A stretch of DNA of 63,600 bases, counting the filler, from Licmophora abbreviata (Eukaryota): NCBI GenBank assembly GCA_900291995.1. It is 9 parts of 9 records of this genome, joined end to end, with 100 filler letters (N's around TTAATTAATTAA, not from the genome) between each part and the next. Parts side by side here need not be neighbours in the genome. Positions count along the whole stretch, not along the records: positions 1 to 2,860 come from OLMU01003952.1; positions 2,961 to 5,114 come from OLMU01003953.1; positions 5,215 to 19,220 come from OLMU01003955.1; 6 more parts are not named here. One strand, written 5' to 3'. The notes beneath the pieces are model-generated. The model saw only the letters and a list, made by a program, of their open reading frames with translations. It did no database searches and had not been told where the DNA came from. The stretch's first letter is position 1, and the number at the start of each line of letters is the position of its first letter. This document shows positions 1 to 11,234 of this stretch, piece by piece. Position numbers and translations under genes: made by a program.

Positions 1-85
1 TGCTCGAATGATTAAATTACACTTTTCTGTTGTCACCGCACGCCTCTACTCTAATGTCACAAGGTGCTTGTGCACTGCGACGCTG

Positions 86-1357
86 TCAAAAGCCGGCGCT
101 CGGTGAAACGGCAATGCCTGTGATTCGGAATGGCCATTCACGATCTTCCTCCAAGGCAGCTAGCTTGATGGTAGCATCCCCTGGAGGAACATGGCCAATA
201 AGGTCCATTCTGTTCACATTGACCATGTATTTGTAGTTTCGTGTCATGGGATAGATCACCCTGCCCTTCTGGCTTTCGTTCTCACCGTGTCCCAGAATCT
301 TGAACAACACACGCGGATATTTGCTAGGCGGAGGACCCGTCACCATGTATCGAATGTGAACTTCGGCTGAGACTGGGAGCGGGTTGTGGATCTTGATCCA
401 TCCGACGGGCCCATGTAGTTCCAACGCATACTTGCCTGACACAAAGCTGTTCATGCGCATGTTCGCACTGGTGGGTAGCGATTTCTCACCTGTCATAAAC
501 CAATCGTCACAGACGTCCGTTGCTACCCACGGTGCGACTTCATCGTTCCTTTGTGCGTTTACACTCTGAAGGATATTTTGGATCTCACGGGCGACCAAGG
601 CGTGACCGTCTGCTGACAGGTGAACGTGGTCGCGACTGTAGAGATGTGCGTTCTCGATGAGCACGGGTCGAAGGTCGTCCCGCGGCGGCGGCGGAAGCTC
701 GTACAACAACCCTCCCACCGCATGAATTGCTTTTTGCTGTTCCATACTGGGTTTGAACTTCGCATCGAAAGTCCAATCTTTCGCATTCGATTGTTCCATC
801 AGTACATTCGCAACACTGCCGTCCCACAAGTCAGTAATGCCGTGCCGTCGGAGCCATTCCTTGAGGGTAGAACGCTCTTTCGTATTGTGTATTGATGATG
901 CTGGACCCCAAACTCTAAGAAAGATTATGACGGCCTTTGGAAATCGCTGTCGCAGTCGCCGTGCGAGACGCACTAGTCCTCGTTCGGCAGCAAGAAAGAA
1001 CTCAAGAACAATCACATCATAGACGGCGTCGCCAATCATGGACTGCACACAGAGGGCTGGATAGTCAGGACCAGTTGAACGGATGCCTTGATTATTCACT
1101 GTAGAAGACAAGAGGTAAGGATATGCTTGGAAGCGGTCTTCTGGCTTCGGTCCTAGTCCAGCACCGTAGGTCCTCGAAGCGCCGAAAGTGACGATCCGGA
1201 GATTCTCACTGATTGACGGCTGCTGCGCCGATTCAGTCAGACGTCGACCCACCATGCGCTGATGTGTAATACGTGAATCATAGAAGGTGACAGCTGTAAG
1301 TAGCGCTCCGACGAGAGATACACCAAACCACCGACATCGAGAGGAACAAATTGTCAT
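86..1357 (-). CDS. Membrane-anchored SGNH/GDSL-type hydrolase
   Basis: 423-aa ORF. Has an N-terminal hydrophobic anchor, block I-like VTFGASRTYG, DVIVLEF, and a catalytic DxxH (RDHVHLSADGH). Confidence 0.75.
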   Translation of the reverse strand: MTICSSRCRWFGVSLVGALLTAVTFYDSRITHQRMVGRRLTESAQQPSISENLRIVTFGASRTYGAGLGPKPEDRFQAYPYLLSSTVNNQGIRSTGPDYPALCVQSMIGDAVYDVIVLEFFLAAERGLVRLARRLRQRFPKAVIIFLRVWGPASSIHNTKERSTLKEWLRRHGITDLWDGSVANVLMEQSNAKDWTFDAKFKPSMEQQKAIHAVGGLLYELPPPPRDDLRPVLIENAHLYSRDHVHLSADGHALVAREIQNILQSVNAQRNDEVAPWVATDVCDDWFMTGEKSLPTSANMRMNSFVSGKYALELHGPVGWIKIHNPLPVSAEVHIRYMVTGPPPSKYPRVLFKILGHGENESQKGRVIYPMTRNYKYMVNVNRMDLIGHVPPGDATIKLAALEEDREWPFRITGIAVSPSAGF

Positions 1358-1827
1358 GGTCGACGTCTCAAAAAGTGAGACGAAGCAAATGCGCTGGGAC
1401 CGATACGAGTGTCAGAATGACCATTGAGATGACCGTCTGCCCGTCGAAACGCAGCTCTGGCTGACAAGCTTGGTGCGGTGCATGCTGCTGGCCACATTTG
1501 GCGCTCATTGTCCCGAGCCGCTTCTTTACGCTTGCCAAGTGTCTTCCGGTACTGCAGTAAGGAAGCGCTGACGGTGCCGAAGCCTCAAAGCCAGCTGCGG
1601 CATAGAGGCCTACAGTACCGTGTTGACGGGAGCTCCGATACGATGTACCGGTACAATGATAATAGGTTAACGTCACAACCTCATAGCTTACAGTTACCTT
1701 ATTTCGATTGCACGTTTGTCGGATTCTGTCGCCCCTCCTCTGCAACAACTGGCATCACTTCCAATAAGCAGTCAATGCTCCTAAACTAATCCGAGTCGCT
1801 TATATATCACCGATCACCAGACACTAC

Positions 1828-2793
1828 CTACATTCCATCCCTCGATGTCATGGTAGTCAAGAACTGCTCTCGCGCTTGACGGAATGCTTGGCCAATAGTC
1901 ATGTCTCCGGCCGAAACGCCCGGAGGAAGGCCTTGAGTTCCCGGCACACCCTGCTGTCCACTTGCAGACATGCCGTGCTGCTGTTGATTCTCATCGAATC
2001 CATCGTCGTCACGCAGCAAGACGGCCGCCGCCAATTTGTTTCCATCCGTTTCGAGAATGATGCCACCATCGCAGTGTTCGTCAATGAGCAAAAAGACAAG
2101 TTCAAGATTATCCAAGACCATGTTGCGATCCGTCGCTCCTCCCATGAGCTGGGCGAGAGCATCGTACATGCCTTCGCAGAGGTGCGCGAGTACCAATTCG
2201 CTCTCACCCGCGGGTCCAATGTGAACGACACGAACGTCGCCACTGCCGCCACCGCCCATACTGGTGCCCCCGCAAAAGACAGCCGTGCGCCCCATGACTG
2301 TGACGACCTCGGCGGCGTCGGGACGTGCAGCAATGCCATGAATTTTGGACTGTATCTGGCGTTCGAGATTGGAGCGCAGCTCTTCCACGGCCTTGCCGTC
2401 GGTGTCCTTTTTGAGAAAGTTTCCATAGTATTTACCGGCCAAGCGATTGCCTTCGCCATCTAGTACAAGAATGGCATCTACTCGTGGGAGCAGAGGAGGA
2501 AGAGCACTCTGCAGAGATACAAACAAGGAGACAGCAGGACCATGGGTGAGCAAGTACCTAGTACCGGTACAGGATTGAGGTTTTAGATTCCTTCCAGTCT
2601 TACGAAATGTACGTAGGACGTACGCGATCAAAGGAATCTCGGCATACCAGAGCGCGACAAGAAGCCAATGCGCTCGGTCGAAGAGGGCTCAGTTTTGCTG
2701 CCTCGGTTTCATCGATGCTTTTGTTTCTCGATAGTTCCACCTCTCTCAATCGTACATGCGCTACACTTGAGATGAAAGGAAAAGACTCACCAT
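1828..2793 (-). CDS. COPZ: Coatomer subunit zeta (adaptor small-chain/longin family)
   Basis: Motifs AILVLDGEGNRLAGKYY, ESELVL and DNLELVFLLIDE..DGGIILETD. Predicted exon 1 is the ATG alone (2793-2791), followed by intron 2790-2509 (GTGAGT...CTGCAG) and exon 2 at 2508-1828. Confidence 0.88.
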
Positions 2794-2860
2794 GATTCGG
2801 CTAAGTTCCAGCAAGAAAGAGATCTGTCTTGGTCACCACGATCTGGCTGCTTTTGGAACC

Positions 2861-2960
2861 NNNNNNNNNNNNNNNNNNNNNNNNNNNNNNNNNNNNNNNN
2901 NNNNTTAATTAATTAANNNNNNNNNNNNNNNNNNNNNNNNNNNNNNNNNNNNNNNNNNNN
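2861..2960. other. Assembly gap spacer (N44-TTAATTAATTAA-N44)
   Basis: Identical 100-nt spacer with a six-frame stop linker, found 8 times in the window. Confidence 0.97.
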
Positions 2961-3298
2961 GCTCGTGATGAGTCGTATGACTCGTACAGTTACACTATCT
3001 TCTTTTCTCGTATTTGGAGATTCGACGACATTAACCACGTTCCTATCGACGACATTGAACGCAGGTATGTATACCAGTAGCCAAACAAAGGTCTAGCTTT
3101 TGCTGTGATACCAACGATATCCAATGGAAAGGAAAAGCAATTCCTGTCATGAAGCTAGTTCGATATTGTGCAAGTTGTCGTCTGGAGAGTATCCTGCTTC
3201 CAGAGCCTAGCCTACTTTCCCTGGTGTACTGTTCGATAGTATCATACTCATACATTTCACGGTACCTATAAGACTCAACTGCCATTCGCTTCCTCAAT

Positions 3299-3820
3299 CT
3301 AATAGTATCCTAAAAGGCGGGTGCGACTGTGCTTAGCATCTTGGTGCTGCAACAGCTGACTGAGTTGGTGGAACGACTTGACACATTCCTGACACTGGTA
3401 AGGTCGGTCCGGTACGTAGTCATCCTGACTATCATCATACGTGAGCTGTGGAACCGAACTCATGAACGGCCTCATGGCGTTCCTAGACGAAGCAAATTTG
3501 TAAATCTGCTGCCTCGCATTCTCACTTCCGCGACAGCCCGAACAGTATCCGCTTTCGACATGCTGCACAGCGTTGGCGCCAGAGCGGAACCTCGTCTCAC
3601 CACAGATAGGGCAGGAAACGTTCCGTGCGCGATGCACCTGCATGTGCATGTTGAGAGCGTTCTGGCTGGAAAAGTCACGACTGCATTCGGCGCATCGGAA
3701 CCAAGATACGCCCGAGACACAACTCTTGCAGCGGGATAATCCAACTCCTTTCGACCACTGATTCTTACTGAAATCGTAGCGTTCACACCAGTCGCCGCAT
3801 TCTTCACAGTTGCGACCCAT
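3299..3820 (-). CDS. Zinc-finger protein (N-terminal CxxC..FSKNQ..CxxC module plus C2H2-type fingers)
   Basis: Likely start MGRNCEEC at 3820. Contains CAECSRDFSSQNALNMHMQVH, CPICG..H..SGYCSGC and CQECVKSFHQLSQLLQHQDAKH. Confidence 0.8.
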   Translation of the reverse strand: MGRNCEECGDWCERYDFSKNQWSKGVGLSRCKSCVSGVSWFRCAECSRDFSSQNALNMHMQVHRARNVSCPICGETRFRSGANAVQHVESGYCSGCRGSENARQQIYKFASSRNAMRPFMSSVPQLTYDDSQDDYVPDRPYQCQECVKSFHQLSQLLQHQDAKHSRTRLLGYY

Positions 3821-4147
3821 CGTGAGGTGGCATATATACGCGCCGCGGCCAAAAGAGCTCCTATTGAAGTGCACTTTGTGATTCCTTGATCTTTTGCAAC
3901 GAAAGAAAACCCAAGAAACTTTTTTCGATCGCTGATGACTGTCTGCACTGTCATGCGCGGTCACGACCACCCGAGCGAGCCGGCGCCCGCCTCTACTCGC
4001 CACTGATGGTGACTAACAGATTGCTCATGTCTCACCTTCTTCTCTACTCGTACTCGAGTAGACTAGATGAGCGTACCACGCCCTAAACGCACTACCGCTC
4101 CTACATGACAAGATTTCATTGCCAACGTCGTACTCCTTATCCATCTT

Positions 4148-5114
4148 CTAGTCCATAAAGTATCCATTGAATGCACTGGTTTCGTAGCCCGCTTTGACAA
4201 TCGACACAGGCAAATGACGAGCACGTCCATACGTCTTGCCATACTTGTCAACGTGTCCCATGGCAGCCAACTTTTCACTCCTGTCCGCACTCTTGCCCAT
4301 CCACACAAATAGCTCCCAACCAGCATCCAACAGGTACACATTTGTCTCGTCTAATTCTTCGCGACTTATCTTGGGAGTTGGCTTACCCCAACCAATCTTG
4401 ACGGGCTCTCCTTCGGCAACTTGTTCCGGGGCAGCATCGGGAGAGAGTTTGTATAGTGTCGGCGTGAATTCCTCCATCATTTCATCCTCTTCTGAGCCTT
4501 CGGGAATGTATTCCGTATATCCACCGAGGGCATCCCAGAATTCAGTCGCATCGGCATCGCCGTCACCCTGGTCGAGCACTGCCACCGAGCCTTCCGTAGC
4601 CATACCTTCGGCGAGGGAGTTGGCACGAATGCGTTCGTCCGGATTGGACTGTATGACGTAGAGCACACAAGAAATGATACGATGAGCGCGAGAGTAATGA
4701 GCACGACAGACGAGGTAAGTACTCAACGACGACAAGGCAGTGGTATCAAAGTGTGATGGCAACATTGCAAACATACCTTCTCGCCGTTCCAAAGAAAGAC
4801 CTTGTCCTTGCCCAAGACGAGAATGAACGAATCGCCCGAATTCAAGGAGTCGGTACTAACACTGGGCATTTGCGTAAGGCTCATGGCTTTTTCCGTTCCC
4901 TTGACACGATACAAGTGCGGTTCTTCGACCGTGGGTTCGACATGGCGGAATCCACTGTCGACGCCTCCCGTAAGGTACATGAGACGGCCGTCAAAATAGG
5001 ATTTGAAGGCATCAGCCTCAAATCCTTGGACCTCCCGATGCTGAACTGCAATACCGCCCAAGGAATCATCACATTCGACCATTTTATATGCTGCAGTCCC
5101 GTATTCATCTTGCG
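4148..5114 (-). CDS. Gelsolin/severin/villin-family actin-binding protein (5' end lost in gap)
   Basis: Motifs QHREVQGFE..F, YLTGGVDSGFRHV, SLNSGDSFIL, VFLWNG, EFWDALGG and LLDAGWELFVWMGK. Intron 4776-4649. Confidence 0.9.
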
Positions 5115-5214
5115 NNNNNNNNNNNNNNNNNNNNNNNNNNNNNNNNNNNNNNNNNNNNTTAATTAATTAANNNNNNNNNNNNNNNNNNNNNNNNNNNNNN
5201 NNNNNNNNNNNNNN
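5115..5214. other. Assembly gap spacer
   Basis: N44-TTAATTAATTAA-N44. Confidence 0.97.
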
Positions 5215-5290
5215 GACTCCAACGTCTCTCTCTGTCTTTGTTCCCGGCACGACTAACGCATCCTGCATCGTCCCTCTCTCTTTCTCGCAG

Positions 5291-6742
5291 CACTGGCGCA
5301 TGCTCGTGGCCGCCAACAAGGAGCTCTATGTCTCTTTGCCCAAGCGCCAGAAACAGCTACTCTCCATGAGTATTGTCAACGCGGTCCGATCTCAGAATCC
5401 TCCAGGTCGGTTTCTTCAAAAAGACGGCAGCAACAAGTGGGTCGACATTGGGGATCAAAGGGCCTGCGAAAAGACCAGTCAGGCCTTGCGAGAGGGGGCG
5501 AAAGAAATTCGACAGGAACTGGTACAACGTGGGGACCTACGCCCCGAAGCAGTAGCACGCGACTCTAACAGCCCTCGCAATGGTAAACCCACCACCGAAC
5601 TGTCGTCGCAAACATCCCGTTCTTCCCGGAATTCACCCACGAGGCCTCCTGCCATTGTCGACACTGCACCGGGGGCGATGGCTGCACCTCCGCCTCTTCC
5701 CGACCACGTGACGAGTGTTCAGTTTTCCATCCCGCCAGCGAACGACAGCCACGCCAACTTTGTGCTGCCTTCGTTCGCGAATGGACTTCACTCGGAGACC
5801 AGTGATCCAGTACCTTGCACGACAACACAACTCGAACAAGATTTCCAAGTTGCCTTTGTGGGGAATGGTACACTGGAACCAGCCGGGACGTCTTTTGGAA
5901 GTGTAAGCATTGGATCCAGTGTACTGGACATGCCCATGCCACTCGAATCCCAAGGCATGTCGTTTGGAAGTACGACTGTTGCAGGCATGCCGACTCCCTT
6001 GGAACCGGGTGCTCTGTCTATTGGTAGTGCCATGTCGTATACTACTACGCATACGACGACTGCTCCTGCCGCCACAAATCCTGTCGACCATGGCTTGGAA
6101 GCGGTTGGCATGTCGATTGGATCACTCAGCTTGACGAGCGCCGAACACTTTCGACTCAAGGAAAGCTTGCCACCAACACAGGAGGAAGAACCAGAAGTAT
6201 TGCCCACACTGCGACTGCAACGTCGCTCAACGACAGATCTGTTGGTAGACAGCGACTCGGAAGACGACGACGACGAAGCAGGCGGTCAACACCACGATTC
6301 GGCTGCGGCCACTGGCAACACCGGGGGAGACTTGCCCAAGCGTAGTGCTAGTGTGGACTATGCTGCCTTGCAGAGGCGATTGAACATTGATAATTCCAAA
6401 TCGGCTCACGATACCACTACAACTTCCACTATCCAGCCACTCCCGCTGGACCGAGATGTATCGACCTCGTCGTCGATTGCGAGATTCATGAGTCTATCGG
6501 GAGCATTCACGGATCAAGCGGAAATGGAGCGCAAATCGACGGTGGAACAGACGGAACTAGCGTACGATTTTTCGGGATTCTCCTTGGACAGTGTTAGTGG
6601 GCGCGACTTCACCATGCCGCCTCCGCCGCCCAATAGCTATTTCAGCCGAGAGGATAATGTGACGGACGAGGAAAGGTTGGCCATGCTTGTGAGTCGGCAA
6701 GGGTCCACGGGTCAGGCAGACATTCGTGGAACGCAAGTGTAG
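5291..6742 (+). CDS. DUF6824-type diatom protein with long disordered tail (5' exon missing)
   Basis: Splice acceptor TCGCAG ends at 5290. Motif IVNAVRSQNPPGRFL..W..IGD..ACEKTSQALRE is typical of the expanded diatom family. Confidence 0.75.
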   Translation, partial: HWRMLVAANKELYVSLPKRQKQLLSMSIVNAVRSQNPPGRFLQKDGSNKWVDIGDQRACEKTSQALREGAKEIRQELVQRGDLRPEAVARDSNSPRNGKPTTELSSQTSRSSRNSPTRPPAIVDTAPGAMAAPPPLPDHVTSVQFSIPPANDSHANFVLPSFANGLHSETSDPVPCTTTQLEQDFQVAFVGNGTLEPAGTSFGSVSIGSSVLDMPMPLESQGMSFGSTTVAGMPTPLEPGALSIGSAMSYTTTHTTTAPAATNPVDHGLEAVGMSIGSLSLTSAEHFRLKESLPPTQEEEPEVLPTLRLQRRSTTDLLVDSDSEDDDDEAGGQHHDSAAATGNTGGDLPKRSASVDYAALQRRLNIDNSKSAHDTTTTSTIQPLPLDRDVSTSSSIARFMSLSGAFTDQAEMERKSTVEQTELAYDFSGFSLDSVSGRDFTMPPPPPNSYFSREDNVTDEERLAMLVSRQGSTGQADIRGTQV

Positions 6743-6816
6743 CGTGGGATGGCGCGCATCACGTAGAGCCTGCAAGTTTCTGTATGTGTAGAACTATGTG
6801 TCTTTTGCTTAGCTAG

Positions 6817-8493
6817 CTAGTTGTTCGGCACTGTGCACATGGCAGGATCTAATCTGCGAGAAATGTCGGCAAAGTCCACTCGCGATGAGTCAGTACTCAG
6901 GCCTGGAAAGAAAAGAGGAACGCCTTCACTGATATCCGGCTCGATTCCAGCTCCTTGAATTTCCGTTCCATTTGGTGTGACGTAGCGTGCTACAGTAAGT
7001 ACCAGTCCAGCGCCATTCTTGAGACCGTACACGGCTTGAATGAGTCCCTTGCCAAACGACTTCTCTCCCATCACGACGGCTCGGCAATTGTCGTGGAGAC
7101 TTCCAGCAAGTACTTCTGACGCGGATGCCGATCGACCATCAAGCCATATGGCGATGGGTATCTTGGGCTCGACGGCTAGTTGCCCAGAGCCAGTCCGTAA
7201 GGGAAGCTCGACCTTATTGCTGTCCACCACATACGTTGCAACGCGATTGTCGACAAACAAACTCGAAATCTCCACGGCACTCTGGAACGCCCCGCCCGGA
7301 TTGCCTCGCAAGTCCAAGACCAGCGCCGTGACTTGCTGCTGTCGCAGATCCTTCAGCGCTTCTTCTAGCCGTGCCTTGACTAGAGAGTTGAACTCGGCAA
7401 TACGAATAAACCCAACTTTGGTACCATCGCTCCGCGTTTCGCTGACCTTGAATTGAATGGGATCCTTCACCTCGGCAAATGTGCGTTCCATTGTGATTTC
7501 ATTCGCGTTCCTTGCGTCTTGCGACTTGACCGTCATGGTGACGGTTTTCGAGGTTGGATTTTCTGAGATCTGATCAATGATATCAAAAGCGGTTCTTCCT
7601 TCCGTTTGAATTCCATTAACGGCCACCACTTGATCTCCAACCTGCAATCCTGCCTTGGCCGATGCTGACCCAGCCACGGGCGGAGCTCCAACGACGATCT
7701 CTTTTCGTTCGTTGGGCATAAGCGTCACACCGACTCCAATCAAGTCGAACTTTTGAATGGCGGCATACTGCTTCACATCAAGCATGCGTGAAAACTTGTC
7801 GTCTAAACTTTTGACCATTTCCGTCGCCATTCGCATGCTGGCATCATTGTCTAATCGTTTCGGTTGCATCTTGTCATATTTTTGTTTGACCGCTTCCCAA
7901 TCTTGGTTGTTGAAGGATCGATCGATATAATACTTGTTCACTAAAGACCAAACTTCGTCAACAACGGTTTTGGGTTGTGGATTGACTGCTTTGACGATAT
8001 CGTTGGGTATCGTCCCGGCTGTCGTTCCCTCAGGAGTTCCGACCGCTGACGATATTAGCGTCTTCTGGGGAGCTTCTAGCAACATCGATGTTGTACCAGC
8101 AGCACCGTATGCAGATGGTATCCCGAAGGGATTTGTCAGCGTGTTGTCGTACATAGGCGAAAAGAATAGCGCAAGGCCCAGCAGCGACGAGGCAGCGGCG
8201 GTACGAGTCTTGTGCAAGAGACCATGTTGCTCTGCTGATGCTACTATGCTTGGTCTGCGTTCATCAGTATTCTGATCTAATGGCCGTCTTGATAATGCGG
8301 AAGCTCTACACCGCCGCAAAACTCCTGTCTCTAAGGAATCTGTTCCCCACGATGGTCCTTGTAATCTGGACGAAGCGAGCAAGAAATGCACCTGGAACGA
8401 GTCGGCGGGAACGTGGTGAAGCACAATTATTGAAGTCCATAGTAAGCCCAACAGGATCCCCGGAATCGTAGTCACTTTCCGCGTGAGACTCAT
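6817..8493 (-). CDS. ctpA: Carboxyl-terminal processing protease (S41A, PDZ), plastid/lumen targeted
   Basis: Motifs LDLRGNPGG, SASASEVLAGSLHDN and KSFGKGLIQ, plus PDZ GLQVGDQVVAVNG. Signal peptide followed by ADS-F. Confidence 0.92.
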   Translation of the reverse strand: MSLTRKVTTIPGILLGLLWTSIIVLHHVPADSFQVHFLLASSRLQGPSWGTDSLETGVLRRCRASALSRRPLDQNTDERRPSIVASAEQHGLLHKTRTAAASSLLGLALFFSPMYDNTLTNPFGIPSAYGAAGTTSMLLEAPQKTLISSAVGTPEGTTAGTIPNDIVKAVNPQPKTVVDEVWSLVNKYYIDRSFNNQDWEAVKQKYDKMQPKRLDNDASMRMATEMVKSLDDKFSRMLDVKQYAAIQKFDLIGVGVTLMPNERKEIVVGAPPVAGSASAKAGLQVGDQVVAVNGIQTEGRTAFDIIDQISENPTSKTVTMTVKSQDARNANEITMERTFAEVKDPIQFKVSETRSDGTKVGFIRIAEFNSLVKARLEEALKDLRQQQVTALVLDLRGNPGGAFQSAVEISSLFVDNRVATYVVDSNKVELPLRTGSGQLAVEPKIPIAIWLDGRSASASEVLAGSLHDNCRAVVMGEKSFGKGLIQAVYGLKNGAGLVLTVARYVTPNGTEIQGAGIEPDISEGVPLFFPGLSTDSSRVDFADISRRLDPAMCTVPNN

Positions 8494-8833
8494 CGCTACG
8501 GCTGCCGATAGCCTAACAGCTGACAGAAGCTGAAGATAGACGACCGTATGGTATCTGCTATCACTCGACAGAAGGAACTGTGATCACAAACCGACAACGC
8601 CATCAAACTTGAAACTTGGAAGTACGTACGCATTGAGTCGGAGGGAACAACTGTCTTTACGCGTTTTGAGTATTGTGTTCTACGTGGAAGCAATCCGGAC
8701 CGCACAATTTTCCCGCCAAACTTTGCAACTTTGAAACATGAAATTGGACTACGCGCCGATCGCTTCATCTCTGTCACCCATCACCGGAGTTGGGAGTCCC
8801 TCTCACCAACGCTGCCTAGCGAACGAAAAGATC

Positions 8834-10189
8834 ATGAACTCGCTTCTCCTTATAGCAGTCGCACTCCTGTTGACGAGATCGGGGGACGCATTTGTCCAGA
8901 ATCGTCCCTTCGTAGGTCGAACAGTCGCTTCTTCCGCAACAACAACGCGCCGGAACATGGCGGTATCGAAAAAGGATACATACAGCATCACGCTGCTTCC
9001 TGGCGACGGTATTGGTCCTGAAATCGCAGAAGCTACCAAAGAAGTCCTACAGGCGTTGTGTAAGAAGTGCGGATTTAACATGGAGCTCAATGAAGCTCTG
9101 ATCGGGGGAAGTGCCATTGACGCCGCCAACGACCCGTTTCCAGACGAATCCTTAGAGCAGTGTCGTGGTAGTGACAGCGTTCTTCTGGCCTGTATTGGAG
9201 GATACAAGTGGGACAACAATCCGAGGGAGCTCCGTCCCGAGTCGGGTCTGTTGAAGATGCGCAAGGAGATGGGTCTATTTGCCAACCTGCGCCCCGCCAA
9301 GGTGCTGCCGCAGCTGTTGGATGCTAGTACTCTCAAAAGGGAAGTCGTTGAGGGTGTCGATGTCATGGTGGTGAGAGAGCTGACTGGTGACGTCTACTTT
9401 GGAACCCCTAAGGGCATTGATGTGGTCGATGGAGAACGTGTTGGATACAACAACATGATTTACTCCGAGAAGGAAATTGATCGCATTGCGCGAGTTGCTG
9501 GTGCGTTGCTCCTACACTACTGGGATCATGTACTCCACTTACTCGACACTTTAATTATTGTCTTCTCCTCACACTCTTTCTCTATCTTTCTCGCTCGCTC
9601 AGGCGACGTGGCTAGCAAACGTGGGGGCGATCTGTGCAGTGTTGACAAGGCCAATGTCTTGGACGTTTCGCAATTGTGGCGTGAGGTCGTGACGGATGTC
9701 ATTACGAAAGACTTCCCTGACGTCAAACTCTCCCATATGTATGTCGACAATGCCGCGATGCAGTTGATTCGATGGCCTAAACAGTTTGATACCATTGTGT
9801 GTGGAAACATCTTTGGAGATATCCTAAGTGACGAGGCGAGCATGCTGGTGGGTTCTTTGGGAATGTTGCCCAGCGCGAGTATTGGGGAGGACGGTCCGGG
9901 TGTGTTTGAACCGTGTCACGGTTCAGCACCTGATATTGCCGGAGAAGACAAGGCCAACCCACTGGCCATGATTCTTAGTGCCGCCATGATGCTCAAGTAT
10001 GACTTGGATCGACCCGAGGAGGCGCTCTTGCTGGAGAATGCTGTCGAGGCAGTGCTCAATGAGGGGCTTCGTACTGCGGATATCAAACAAGAAGGCGATG
10101 GGTGCAAGCTGGTGGGTTGTAAGGAAATGGGAAGGGCAGTGGCCGACTTGGTGGCGAATGTGGACTTGCCAGCCGAGATTAGTGTTTAA
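8834..10189 (+). CDS. leuB: 3-isopropylmalate dehydrogenase, plastid-targeted
   Basis: Motifs [44 protein letters not shown] and [12 protein letters not shown]. Bipartite presequence GDA-FVQ. Intron 9501-9602. Confidence 0.96.
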   Translation: MNSLLLIAVALLLTRSGDAFVQNRPFVGRTVASSATTTRRNMAVSKKDTYSITLLPGDGIGPEIAEATKEVLQALCKKCGFNMELNEALIGGSAIDAANDPFPDESLEQCRGSDSVLLACIGGYKWDNNPRELRPESGLLKMRKEMGLFANLRPAKVLPQLLDASTLKREVVEGVDVMVVRELTGDVYFGTPKGIDVVDGERVGYNNMIYSEKEIDRIARVAGALLLHYWDHVLHLLDTLIIVFSSHSFSIFLARSGDVASKRGGDLCSVDKANVLDVSQLWREVVTDVITKDFPDVKLSHMYVDNAAMQLIRWPKQFDTIVCGNIFGDILSDEASMLVGSLGMLPSASIGEDGPGVFEPCHGSAPDIAGEDKANPLAMILSAAMMLKYDLDRPEEALLLENAVEAVLNEGLRTADIKQEGDGCKLVGCKEMGRAVADLVANVDLPAEISV

Positions 10190-10315
10190 ACGAGAGACTT
10201 TGCTAGCAATGTGTTACCCTACAAGGGCTCGCTCTAGAGAGAACAAATCTATAGTGATGTTTCAGAAAGGACGGTATGAGTCTCTTATTTGCAGTGCAAG
10301 TATGGTGCTTCGTCT

Positions 10316-10825
10316 CTACTGAAAGTCTTGTTCGCCTGGAAGGTGAGAGTCCTGAAAGATGCAAAGCAGAGCGAGCAGTCAAGAAACGGCATTAGCGTAG
10401 TGCCCCGTGGAAAACTTCTGTAAGTACTGGGAGCTGCGAGTACTCACCTCCATTGCTATGGTGTCTCCAACACTCTTCATCAAAGATTCAATGGTCGCTT
10501 CGTCTACACTGTGAAGGGTCGTATCCAACGAAGCCCGTAGTTTGCGGACAAGTGCCTCAAAGTTGGCGTCGCGTCGCGACAGAGTCGTTCTCTGATCCAG
10601 CAGCGTATTGATGATTGCATCCTTGTCGTCGTAGCTGCACTCCTGGTCTAGACAGAAGCGCGCTGTGTTCTGCATGCACATGGAGTCCATGTCATCGTTC
10701 AGAAGCCTTTTCATCTTCGCTTGACAAAAGAACGACGCCGGACGAGAGGAGCGCGCTTTCGACGACACGAAGGCACTCGCCGACGTCACAAGAGCTGCAA
10801 AAGTAACAGCGGCGAGGAGCTTCAT
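10316..10825 (-). CDS. Small plastid-targeted protein of unknown function
   Basis: Signal peptide plus ASA-FVS. Predicted intron 10447-10352 gives C-terminus DSHLPGEQDFQ*. Confidence 0.7.
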
Positions 10826-11234
10826 CGTCAGATCTTCACAAGAACGCCCTGGGCAGCCAGAGACGACAGAGCGGTCGGCTGTCGTCGATGACGGCCATTG
10901 TAAATTCGAGAAGACATCATCAATTTCGAAATTGCAATGGCGGCCAGATGGCGGACGGTGTTCGCAAAATAGTCAGCTCGACCAATCACAGTTCGCAGTC
11001 TTGAAGGTTCGCGAACCCCGAAGCTAACAAAGTCCGGCACTTGAACTTGGCAAGCGATCGAGTGCAGGTGATGCCGTACCGGTACGGAAAGGGCCATCAC
11101 TGGTTGCTAGACGATGATACAACAGCAAACTACTTGGTATAATCTATTAAACTTTATTTTAAAAATTAACTTCAGATGTCTTTTCATCTACGGTAGAGCC
11201 AAACTCGATCTCCAACCCGCTACGAATAGCAGAG

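Noticed and set aside
2640..2720. C/D-box-like TCGATGA..CTGA in the zeta-COP intron
   Set aside because: Imperfect C box, spacing too short and no terminal stem.
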